Shown: piece after piece, positions 38,143 through 50,859 of the stretch | Position numbering within the stretch: the stretch's first letter is position 1 | Layout of the letters: each line of letters begins with the position of its first letter | Assembly (NCBI RefSeq): GCF_006345805.1 | Contig: NC_043003.1 | Coordinates: 21,762,001-21,826,000 of the forward strand | Source: Octopus sinensis | Lineage: Eukaryota | Length of the DNA stretch: 64,000 nucleotides | Reading direction: 5' to 3' | Notes under the pieces: model-generated | What the model was told of the DNA's origin: nothing | The model's input: only the letters and a program-made list of their open reading frames with translations | Databases searched by the model: none | Position numbers and translations under genes: made by a program

Positions 38143-39059
38143 CATGTGTATGTGTGTGAAGGTGCATGTACAGGTATGCATAAGAACATGTTTTTCAAAG
38201 AATTTTCAGATATTTCAGATTTTAGAAATAAATTCTTGTCATTATTTTAATTATTCCTTTGCTAATAAATTGCTATCACAAACAAGGTAACTTTGATTAA
38301 AAACCAAATCCCGTTTACTCTGCATTGTCTATATAAATTCAAATTTTCAATCAGAATTTAGTGGAGTTATTTCCCTTGTTGCTTGCATTTAAATTTTAAA
38401 GATTGGATAGGAGGAATTATTTTTTGTATTAATTACCTGAATTATCAAGTTAATTGGAGTGTTTCAACTTATAAATTATAAATGTGAGGCCCTACTGTTA
38501 TTTGTATTTTATAGGCAGAATCCTATCTGAGGTATTTTCCCCCAGTGATATTGTTGTTCTGTTTGCGTAACACAGTATAATACCAAGTCATGTGCAGAAT
38601 GTTTAGAAACTTCTGCTTATTCTCACAATTCCATCTACAAAGAGCTTTATTATTACTATTCCGTATAACTCCAATTCCTCAATGTTACTTTTATATAAAT
38701 TTGGTCATGTAATCAACTGCATCAAATAACTATAGATACAAATGCGGCATCTTAGAAGACTCCATATGGATATATGTACATGATACTAGATTTGTATGTA
38801 ATACTGGGCTGGATTCATGTTCAGAACTCTTATTTATTTCTAGACAAAGAGCTGTAATGCTCTTTTGCTCTGCAACACTGATGCATGTACATGAGCATGT
38901 AGAAGCAGTAGTAGCACATACAGAGGTGAATATTAAAAGAAATTCTTCAGGGTTGATGAAAATAAGTGCCAACTGAGCACTGGAATCGGTGTGATTGACT
39001 TACTCCCTCCCCAAAATTGCTGGCCTTGCACTAAAATTTGAAATCAATACTGAAAGAAA

Positions 39060-39274
39060 TTAACCCTTTAGCATTTAAACTGGCAATATCTGGCCCAAAT
39101 AATCTATCTTTCTTATATGTTCAAACTGGCCAGATTCAGCCGCTCTTCCAACGTCATTCAAAAAATAAACAGTCATATCATTGAAATCTTGATAGTACAC
39201 GATAATGCATAATTAATTCATAACAATGTGAGTAAATAAGCATTACGTTTGACAGAATAATCCAAATGATAAAG
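39060..39274. mobile_element. piggyBac-like MITE (ttaaccctttagcatt family)
   Basis: TTAA-CCC left end; same body as 25490 and (inverted) 55694-58217. Confidence 0.65.
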
Positions 39275-39820
39275 TGAGAGGAAGACAGAAAGTTATCCTC
39301 AGAATGTTACAAGTATTTGACCTGGTTCAAGTGCTGAGGGCACTGAAGGGTCAGATAATGATATTAAACAAAGTAATGACAGACATCTAGTCTATAGAAG
39401 CTCCGTTGTTATAAACAATTTCATTAATATTATATAATGATTCTTATTAGGAGTGAGTACATAATGACAATATAATGATTATATAATGGAAAATGATAGG
39501 AAATGAGTGAGTTTAACAATCAAGCATTCATAGAAACTATTGTATATTAAACAGTAGTTCCAGACTATATTACTGATATTATTTCACTGACTAAAAAATA
39601 CAATGTAAAAAAAGGTAAAGACAGAAGGTAGCAGTCAACTGCTGGATTTAGCTTTCTCTTCATGCATGAAAGTTTTTGATTGGCTGTGTGGTTAAAAAGT
39701 CAGCTTGCTAACCACATGGTTTTGGGTTCATTCCCACTGCATGGCATCTACTGTAGCACAGGGCCAAACAAGGCTTTGTGAGTGGGTTTGTAAGATGGAA
39801 ACTGAAAGAAGCACATCAGC

Positions 39821-39886
<66 letters not shown>

Positions 39887-40600
39887 ATACGTGTGCATAT
39901 GTGTGTGTGTGTGCATGTGTTTGTGGTTCCTTGTCTTGACATTGTTATTCATTATCTTGTATGGTACTCTTAGCGCTCCACTAGCACAGATGCCAGTCAT
40001 TGAATTTGATTTCGATTTTGATTTCATGGTACATATCAGTATTTCATTTTATTTATTTATTTTTAAACCCCCAAACCTATATTTAATTTGTGAATTTTTT
40101 CTTTAAAATATTTTTCCTTTTTTTTTTCTTCAATTTTAGTAATTTTATTTGATTTTTCTTTTTTTTATTTAATGGAATGGCAAAACTAATCACTAAACAC
40201 ACAGAGTAATACAACCAGCTGCCACATTTTAAATAAAACTGAAACTACCAATAGCTACAATGACATACCAAATCTAAATTGATATGTCTCTGTACTTATG
40301 TGACATAAACATGTAGGTTTATATACAGCCAGGTGCAAGCATGGATATATGGCGATGGTTAAGAAGTTTCTTTTCCAACCATGTGGTTTGGGGCAGAGTA
40401 GCTTCTACTTAAGCTTTGTGAGTGGACTTGGTAGACAGAAAATAAAAGAAGCTACCCGTTATATATTTATATATATACATGTGTGTGTGCACTCACACAT
40501 GCACATGTGCATATGCATGCATGTGTGTGTGCGTGTGTGTGTGTTTGACACATTGTCATTCTCCTATTCTCATATCGAACACAGACACACACACGCACAC

Positions 40601-40646
<46 letters not shown>

Positions 40647-40897
40647 TAAATACATATAGATATTCTTTTATCCTTTTACTTGTTTCAGTCATTTGATTGT
40701 AGCCATGCTGGAGCACCACCTTTAGTCAAACAAATCGCCCCTCCAAGACTTATTTTTTGTAAGCCTAGTACTTAATCTGTCAGTCTCTTTTGCTGAACCA
40801 CTAAGTTATGGGGATGTAAACACACCAACATTGGTGATCAAAGTGATTGAGAGGGGACAAACACAGACACACATACAAATATATATATATATATATA

Positions 40898-41131
40898 CAG
40901 GGTGACCCAAAAGTGGGCTTACAGTTATTCAACTATCTCTTTCACATTCATATATTAACAGTTTAGATCTTAATTATAAAAAAATATGAAACGATTATTC
41001 TATGCTAATTTACTTAATTTTTGTCAAGCTCCCATTTCAGTTTGTAAGATAGAAATTTAAATGTAATAAAATGTTAGAAGAAATTTAAAGTGCCTACGAG
41101 ATAACTGTAAACCGACTATTAGGTCACCCTG
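40898..41131. mobile_element. Tc1/mariner-type MITE with ~31-bp TIRs and TA TSD
   Basis: TA|cagggtgacccaaaagtgggcttacagttat ... ataactgtaaaccgactattaggtcaccctg|TA. Confidence 0.85.
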
Positions 41132-41411
41132 TATATCTATATAAATATAAACAATGGGCATCTTTCTGTTTCTTTCTGACAAATCCACTCACAAAGCTTT
41201 GTTAGGCCTAAGGTGCCACACAGTGGGACTGAACCCAGAACCATGGGGTTGGGAAGCAAGCTTCTTACCACACATCCACTCCTACATACAAACATACATA
41301 CACACACATACATACATACATGCATGCATACATACATACATACATACATACATACATACATACATACATACATACATACATACATACATACATACATACA
41401 TACATACATAC

Positions 41412-41778
41412 TTGACTCCATCGGTCATGAATAACAATGGGTGCACCTATGAGGTTCCCCTCTGTGGCACAAGCCTGGGCAGAAAATTGCCTCAGCAGCT
41501 AAAGCACAACCTAGGGTTGTTTTTATGGAAGACTAGCAGTCACCCATGCATACCAGCAACCCCTCTCCACGCCACCAATGTTATCCAAGGGAAAGACAAA
41601 GGCCAATACAGCTTGGTACCAGTGACATCGCAACTCATTTCTACAGCTGAGGGAACTGGAGCAATGTGAAATAAAGTGCCTTGCTCAAGAACACAGTACG
41701 CAGCCTGGTCCGGGAAGCGAACTCACAACCTCATGATCGTAAGCTCGACGCTCTAACCACTGAGCCATGCACCTTCAC
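41412..41778 (-). mobile_element. tRNA-derived SINE (family E)
   Basis: Head gtgaaggtgcatggctcagtggttagagcgtcg...gtgagttcg followed by a ttcttgagcaaggcacttta central block. Confidence 0.75.
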
Positions 41779-44700
41779 ACATACATACAAACATACATTC
41801 AGGTGTCCCAAATGAACCAACTTCGCGGCAGGAGGTGTAGATGAGGGCAGCTGCATCAAACTCTCTCATGCACCAAATGTCAATTGCTAAAAAGCATTCG
41901 TGAAGTAAAATTATGTAGCAACACCAAATGAACGTGCCCCAGCAGGGCCACAGCTCATGAGCTGAAACTAGATGAAATAAAAAAATAAATAAATACATGC
42001 ATGCATACATACATACATACATACATACATACATACATACATACATACATACATACATACATACATACAAACATACATACATACATACACTAGTGTAGCT
42101 AGAGTGTGTGCCATCCAGAGAGACCCTTCAGTTTGCTGCCTCCAGACCCCCTCAAAATATACATGTTGCCTACAGCAAAAGTGGTGTCGCCCCTATAAAA
42201 GTGTGACCTGGAGCAGACTGCCCCTCTGCTCAACTCTCACTATGTTAGTGCATACACACACACACACACATGCATGTATACATACATGCATGTATACATA
42301 CATGTATGTATACATACATGCATGTATACATACATACCTACATGCATACATACATTCTACATTTTTATTGCCTATTTTGTTTTTACCAAATCTTTTAGCC
42401 TCATTAATTATTTTCATTGTAAAAAATGTGACATTCCTTAACATTGCAATGCATATTTTTAGAAACGTGCACCAAAAACTTTAAATGCCTTTGTAATAAT
42501 AATACCATTTAATGCTGTCTGTCACTTTCTTTCCTTCCTCTCTCTTTCTCTCTCTCTCTCTCTCTATTTTCCTCTTACTCTCTGTGTTTGTAAATCCTCC
42601 ATAAGTGAATTTAACAAACATATTAAGAGAGGAACAATTTAATATATAAGAAGAACAGATGTAGAAAGCAGTTTCATGTAATTCAAATATAAATACATAC
42701 ATACATACACACACATGCGTACATACACAAGCACACATACATACTACATCCATACATATATACATATATGGTTTTTGTCACCATGTAATACGAACTTACA
42801 ATAAATCCTGTCTGCTACTTGATTTCTAACTCAGCAGTATTAAATGAAGGAGACAGATATATTATATTCCGCATAGAATAACACATTACATTAATATTGC
42901 TACGAAATCTGTGAGACGCTCCCAAGAGTAGCCGAAAGACATAAAGAATATATACCATACATAGAAATAATCATTTGAATACCCATTCAGGGTGGAATTA
43001 GTGCTCTAATTACCAATACTTATACACATTTAATAACCTCCCCACACTTCCACCCCATGTGTAAATCGAGCCCTTAAATGTTTTTGAAAATATAATCCCT
43101 CATCTCATGTATCAGAGATCAACCCTTTACCTTACTCTTTTACTCTTTTAATCTTTTATTTGTTTCAGTCATTTGACTGTGGCCATGCTGGAGCACCGCT
43201 TTTAGCCAAGCAACTCAACCCCAGGACTTATTCTTTAGAAGCCTAGTACTTATTCTATCGCTCTCTTTTACCGAACCGCTAAGTTAAGGGGACGTAAACA
43301 CACCAGCACTGATTGTCAAGCGATGTTGGAGGGACAAACACAGACACACACACACACACATATATATGACAGGCTTCTTTCAGTTTCCGTCTACCAAACC
43401 CACTCACAAGGCTTTGATCGACCCAAGGCTATAGTAGAAGACACTTGCCCAAGGTGCCACGCAGTGGGACTGAACATGGAACCATGTGGTTGGTAAGCAA
43501 GCTACTTACCACACAGCCACTCCTGCATTCTTGTTCATTATTCACTACATCTACCCTTCAACTCAAACCAATCTCTACAGTTATTACTTATTCTTCCCTA
43601 TCTTCTCTCTGTATTTGTCATCAAGTATAGGAGTGGCTGTGTGGTAAGTAGCTTTCTTACAAACCATATGGTTCCGGGTTCAGTCCCACTGCGTGGCACC
43701 TTGGGCAAGTGTCTTCTACTATAGCCTCGGGTCGACCAAAGCCTTGTGAGTGGATTTGGTAGACGGAAACTGAAAGAAGCCCATTGTATATATGTATATA
43801 TATATATATATGTATGTGTGTGTATATGTTTGCGTGTCTGTGTTTGTTCCCCTAATATCACTTGACAACCGATGCTGGTGTGTTTATGTCCCTGTAACTT
43901 AGCAGTTCGGCAAAAGAGACTGACAGTATAAGTACTAGGCTTCCAAAGAATAAGTCCTGGGGTCAATTTCCTCCAGCATGGCTACAGTCAAATGCCTGAA
44001 ACAAGTAAAAGAGTAAAAGATCCACTTCTTAAACCCTTTTTCTTCATTATATTTACAATTTCTCATTCTCCTCATACACTCTTGTTCTTCTGTGCCTACT
44101 TCTATTCTCCCTTTTTACACTTAGGGTCCACTATTTTATCTCTCCTTCCAGTTCCCACTCTGGTTTCTTCCATCCACTTTTACATAGCTTGGGTATCCAT
44201 GCTGCTTCTCTGCAACAAGAAACCTGTTCTGTTCGGGATCTTACTTTCATTTGTAAATCTCCCATCTCCTTGCACAAAGCTACCTTCCTCTGTTGTAGCC
44301 CCACTCAATCAAAAAAAAACTTAATCTTGCAAGCTGCATGGCGACCTCACTAGTGTTGGTGTCACACACACAAAAAGAAAGGTGTCCAGTACACTCTGTA
44401 GAATGGTTAACATTCAGAAACGCATCCAGCCATAGAAACTATGCCAATACAGCCACTGGATCATCATCGAGTTCTTGAACTCATTGGATCTTGTCAGAGC
44501 CTCCCACCCACTCCAGCATGGAAGAAGGATGTTAAAAGATGATGATGATGATGATGACGATTATTATGATTATAATAATCATGGTGATAATGAGGAAGAT
44601 GATGACAGCAGTGATAATGACGATGATGATGAATCATGAATGCATGCTTCCTACTGTATATACATCTGTGTATATAAATACATTTGTAGTGGAAGTGTAT

Positions 44701-45120
44701 TGGATCTGTTATGTATGTATGTATGTATGTATGTATGTATTTATGTATGTATGTATGTATGTAAGTGTGTGTGTGTGTGTGTGTGTGTGTGTATCTATGT
44801 ACGTAAAGAGGTAATTAGAACATTAAATCCTTACTGTATGTATTATTGCTGATGTGTAAGACTAGGTTATTCTGACTGAACAGGATTATCATCAAAGCTA
44901 TTCCAGCTGAGACCCTCCAGTTTTATTTTCTATTTTTTTTTTTTTTTTTCAGACACAGAGCATCTAGGATTGCATTATCCACAGTTTTCTTTTTTTTTTC
45001 TTTAAGATTGGGTGGGGTTGAGATTTGAGAAAGTTTTGTCTCATATTCTTAACCAATTAAGTGATTACACAGTGGTTCCATACTTATCAAGAGAAAGTAA
45101 TAAGGGGAGATATATATCAT

Positions 45121-45195
<75 letters not shown>

Positions 45196-45197
45196 TG

Positions 45198-45228
<31 letters not shown>

Positions 45229-45452
45229 CATCATCATCATTATCGTTTAATGTCTGGTTTCCATGCTAGCATGGGTTGGACGATTTGACTGAGGACTGGT
45301 GAACCGGGCGCCAATCTTGATCTGGCAGAGTTTCTACAGCTGGATGCCCTTCCTAACGCCAGCCACTCTGAGAGTGTAGTGGGTGCTTTTATATGCCACC
45401 AGCATGAGGGCCAGTCAGGTGGTACTGGCAACGACCACGAAAAAATCGTATA

Positions 45453-45485
<33 letters not shown>

Positions 45486-46544
45486 ACATATTTCAAGACT
45501 AGCATTTTTGCTTGTTAATATCAGTGACTGTGTGTTCACTTGAAATATATATATTGTGAGCAGAAGCGAGCTACTGTTTTGTCTACTAGAGCAACTCCAG
45601 TAGATGATGTATCCTGTACTGAAGAGTAGCAGACATAGCCTGAAACCAGGACAGGTCTGCTGGTCCTGCCACTAGAAGGTGGTAGGGTTTCGCTCCCCTG
45701 CTTGCAATTTATTAGATGCAGCTCAGCATTGTTAACCAGCTAAAGGAGATATCCTCTTGGGGTTAAAAAATTGCGGTAGAGTCTGTTTGAACGGACAGCC
45801 ATGTTGAAATGGCTACGAATATTTCTTGATAGTACAACTACTGTGTTGATCTCTCAGAGAGATATGTATACATACAATAGGCTTCTTTCAGTTTCTGTCT
45901 ACCAAATCTGCTCACAAGGCTTTGTGGTGAGCCCGAGGCTATAGTAGAAGACTTCTTACCACACAGCCATGCCTGCATGTGTGTGTGTGTGTGTGAGAGA
46001 GAGAATCCAGATGCTTGTAACAAGATAAGCTCCTCTAAAGGAACCCCAGTATGCCAGATGGTAGTATTAACCTGGGTGATGGATTAAATAGGGACATGGC
46101 AAGATTTGAACTTGGACATGGCAGGATTTGAACAGAATGAATGTGATGGGGCCCGACATTCCTACAGTACTAAGAATTCTCTCCCTAGATTCATACTTTT
46201 ATATTGATCCCCTAAAATGATGAAAGATATTGTTGGTCAAGGCAGGATCTGAACTTGGAGCACATAGAGACAAAAGATGAAGTATTCTGTCCAATTCTAT
46301 GATTGCCAATAATATTTCAGCTTGCATTAGTTTTAAACTGAGGTTAGTAAACGTAGCTTCATTTGTCTCTCATTCATTCATCACTGATTCAGGATAATAG
46401 GTTGGTGATCAATTGAAGATTCTGCTAGTACTGCAAAAATATGCCCTAGTAACCATCTACAATATTCAACTATCCAGAATGCCCTGACTGTCGTATTTGA
46501 ACTGTATTTTATGTATTTGAACTGGGACTAGTTAACAGAATAAA

Positions 46545-46730
46545 ATATGAAGGTACCTGATCCTAAAAAGGAAGGGAGATGAGTGTATTCTTTACAGGAA
46601 AAGGTAGAGATGAACAAGAAAATTCACTATGGTAGAACCTTCACTATTGCAAGTGTAAGTTTGGCATCGATGAATCTACCATTTATTCCATTTACAAAGT
46701 GCATGATATGATTCATTTACCACTGTGCTA
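46545..46730 (+). mobile_element. Decayed pogo/Tigger (CENP-B-type HTH) transposase N-terminus
   Basis: Frameshifted MKVPDPKKEGR*..SLQEKVEMNKKIHYG.. / KFGIDESTIYSIYK, resembling the L.EK..I.....G......A..FGI..ST...I pattern. Confidence 0.55.
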
Positions 46731-48458
46731 ATTTGGAACCAAACACCCATAATAAACAAAGACAGATGCACTTATTATACAACTTTAATCTTGGTCTTAT
46801 ACTTTTTCAACTGAAATAAAATCCACAACGAGCCAGACAGACAAAATAAAACTTGCCTAATCAACAAAATGTTTCTATTTCCTTGGAGAAGAAGAATGGT
46901 TTTCAAATATGGCTAAATTTTATATTTCTTCTAAGTGGTGACCAGAAAATAATGGGTGGAACCTAGAAGTAACGACTGAACTCTGTTTTTAAATTTATTT
47001 TTATTTTATATTATTTGTAATTATATCATCATAGTCTGAGCCTAGTTTTCAGTGCACTTGTATCAAATTCCTCACCAACTAGGACTCAAGTTACAGGATT
47101 TAGTTCAGGGTATTGTATTTATTATTCAATTCTTGAAGGATATATGTAATGTTCTACCAGTTGTATATAACTCTCAGTTCTTGAATGACGTACACGATTA
47201 GTTTCTTTTGTGTGTGTGTGTGTGTGTGTGTGTGCTGGCTTTTATATAACATAATAGTTGTAAATGTATGTTTGATGTCATAAAAGCAGTATCATTTTTC
47301 TTATTTCTTCTGTGAAAACATGCCTGGCCATGAGGAAATATTAACCTTACTTAGAAACCGGGAAGGCCCGATGACAGGAAAAGCACTACCACCACAACCA
47401 CTCCACATTTATTATAACCACCACCACCACCACCACAACCACAACCACAATCATCTCTAATCACCACCACTGCTAATATTTATCATCACCCCATTACTGC
47501 CACTGTTATGATTTCCTCAAATAGTTCACAGAAAGTTGGAAACCTGGCAGAGTTGTTACAGCATAGGACACTGCCTTTTAGTCGAGCAAATCGACCCCAG
47601 GACTTATTCTTTGTAAGCCTAGTACTTATTCTTTTTTGCCGAACCACTAAGTTAGAGGGATGTAAACACACCACCATCGGTTGTCAAGCAATTTTGGGGT
47701 GAAAAACACAGACACACAAACATACACACACACATACACACATATATATATATATATGTATACATATCTACGATGGGCTTCTTTCAGTTTCCGTCTACCA
47801 AATCCACTTACAAGGATTTGGTCGGCCCGAGGCTATAGTAGAAGACACTTGCCCAAGGTGCCATGTAGTGGGACTGAACCCGGAACCATATGGTTTGTAA
47901 GCAAGCTACTTACCACACAGTCACTCCTACGCCTATACTTACCACACAGCCACTCCTAAGGGTCATGGGTACTGCCCTTCTCTCCATGACTTAGGTCTGT
48001 CATGAATCCTAGGGCTTAGAAGGTTGGAAACTAGCCTGGTTTCAATGGCATATATGTGACTGGCATCATATTTCACCTTGAATGAGATGCCAGTCCATCA
48101 CTGGGTTAACTTCCCAGCTATTACTGGAATTCCTTTGCAACTGAGTGTGCTGTGGAAATTACTCAAGAACACAATGCACTGCCCAGTCTGGGAATTGAAA
48201 CCTTGCTCTTATGGTTGCCTTCACTCAGGAATAAGAAAAAAAAATTACAGAAAATGTTTTTCAATCAGCCCCTTTAGTACCCACTCTACACACTTTTACT
48301 CCAACAAGGAAGATTCTACATGATCATTCAATCTGCTAGAAACAGAAACAAAATCTTCCACCATCTTCACACCCTGTCATCTTCAAAAAGAAACAACACA
48401 TTGGACAAGATATCATCGTCATCATCATCATCATCATCATCACCACCACCACCATCAC

Positions 48459-48500
<42 letters not shown>

Positions 48501-50402
48501 TTAACATCAGGATTCCATGCTAGCATGGGTTGGACTGCTCAACAGGATCTACTGAGCCAAAGGGCTGTATTAGACTGTAATGTCTGCTTTGTCAAGATTT
48601 CTATGGCTGGATGCCATTCCTAACACCAACTACTTTACAGAATGTACAATGTACTTTTTTGTGTGGCACCAGCACTTGTGAGGTCACCAAGTAACTTACA
48701 AGACAAGATCCTTTGATAGATTGGTGGTGTGGTATTGTGATGGTTTTGTGCCAGTTGTTAAAAGGCTAAAATATGATAAAGAGAGACAGGATCAGGTGTC
48801 TTGCTATAGAGGAAACACATGGATGCACCAACAAGAAATGGAGGAAGGATGGAGGAGAAAAGGTGCTGGGGTTTATCCTCAAGTAACAAGGTGGATAACA
48901 AGAAAACAAGGACCAAGAATCAAGGTTGACTGGATGGGTGGGTTCATGAGAGGAGTGTGACAGACAGTAGAGATGAGGATAGAAATGAATAAGGCGGTGA
49001 GCTGGCAGAAACGTTAGCATGCTGGGCGAAATGCTTAGCTGTATTTTGTCTGCCACCTTTCGGGGGTCAATAAATTAAGTACCAGTTATGCACTGGGGTC
49101 GATGTAATCGACTTAATCCCTTTGTCTGTCCTTGTTTGTCCCCTCTATGTTTAGCCCCTTGTGGGCAATAAACAAATAAGAAATGAATGCAGCAAATGGT
49201 GAACACGAATGGAGGCATTTGACAGTGGTGAATCTCAGTTTGGGGGAATGTAAGGAAAATAGGAGTGGGACAGCAGGGAATAAGTGATAGGTGGTAATAT
49301 TTAAATGAAAAAGTGGCGTGATGAGCAACTGTATAATAAAACTGTAGATAGGGGAGAAATAGGGAGCTGATATGTAGTGTGGAGGAGAGAGAAGTGGGGG
49401 CATTGATGGCAGATATGAGAGGGTGTTCAGTGAAAATAAAGTGGTAAAAAATGATGTTGGGAATGCAGTGTGGGTTGTAAAGGGAGTGGATAACTGGTAA
49501 TACAAAAAAAAAACAGGTGGATGGAATATATGCAGTTCTGCCCTTCATAAAATTACAGCAGCTAAAAAAAAATATAATAATAAAGGATCACTATGGCTGG
49601 AGTTACTTTAATCTTTGATCTGCTTAATCAAAGATGAACTAGGGCTTAACAACAGCAACAATAACAACAACAACATTAACAACAGTTGCAACACTATTTA
49701 CCATCATAACCAACACCATGCTCATAACCCCTACAAACAAACCACCACCACTATTGCCCTCACCACCACCACCACCACCACCTCTACCTATCAAAAGAAT
49801 CAAGTTATACTATTTAGCATTCTTAAAAAATATACAGTAAACATTTTCATAACTCAACTTCAAATTCCTGAAATGTACACATAACTAGAATTATTCTCCA
49901 TATACCTAAGTTTCACAAAAATAGCCCATTACGATTCTCTTGAGGCTATATGAAATTACTGCAAGTGATGGCTTATTTTGTTTAAATTCAGTATTTATGT
50001 AACAGTGCAAAAGAGCTGTGAGTTGAAAAGAATGTTAGAGCTTTAGATTAAATTCATTTACAGTAGATATCAATTATATCAATTTAATCTGACTCTGTCT
50101 TCAATAGAGAGAGGGGAGGAGAGAGAGAGAAAGAAAAGGGAGAGATGATTTTAAATAAGAAATCCATATGTATGTACGTATGACTCTATCCATCCATCCA
50201 TCTGTCTGTCTGCCTGACTATCTATCTATATCATCATCATCATCATCATCATCATTTAGCGTCCGCTTTCCATACTAGCATGGGTTGGACGGGTCAACTG
50301 GGGTCTGTGAAGCTGGAAGGCTTCGTCAGGCCCAGTCAGATCTGGCAGTGTTTCTACGGCTGGATGCCCTTCCTAACGCCAACCACTCCGCGAGTGTAGT
50401 GG

Positions 50403-50835
50403 GTGTTTTTTACGTGCCACCTGCACAGGTGCCAGACAGAGCTGGCGAACGGCCACGAACGGATGGTGCTTTTACGTGTCACCGGCACGGGGCCAGACGA
50501 TGCTGGCAACGGACACGAACGGACGGTGCTTTTACGTGTCACCGGCACGGGGGCCAGCCAAGGCTGGCAACGAACACGAACGGATGGTGCTTTTACGTGC
50601 CACCGACACGGGGCCAGACAGAGCTGGCAAATGGCCACGAACGGACGGTGCTTTTACATGTCACCGGCACGGGGCCAGGCGAGGTTGGCAACGAACACGA
50701 ACGGATGGTGCTTTTACGTGCCACCGACACGGGGGCCAGACAGAGCTGGCAAACGGCCACGAGCGAATGGTGCTTTTACGTATCACCGACACGGGTGCCA
50801 GACGAGGCTGACAGCGGACACGAACAGATGGGTCA
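50403..50835. repeat. Tandem array of 7 units of ~60-63 bp inside a family-C repeat
   Basis: Units start gtg(c/t)ttttac at 50403, 50466, 50526, 50587, 50648, 50708 and 50770. Confidence 0.9.
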
Positions 50836-50859
50836 CTTAACCCCTGCTTTCTGATATAT

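Noticed and set aside
50285-50854. 189-aa and 145-aa repeat proteins
   Set aside because: Products of the ~60-bp tandem array inside a non-coding repeat.
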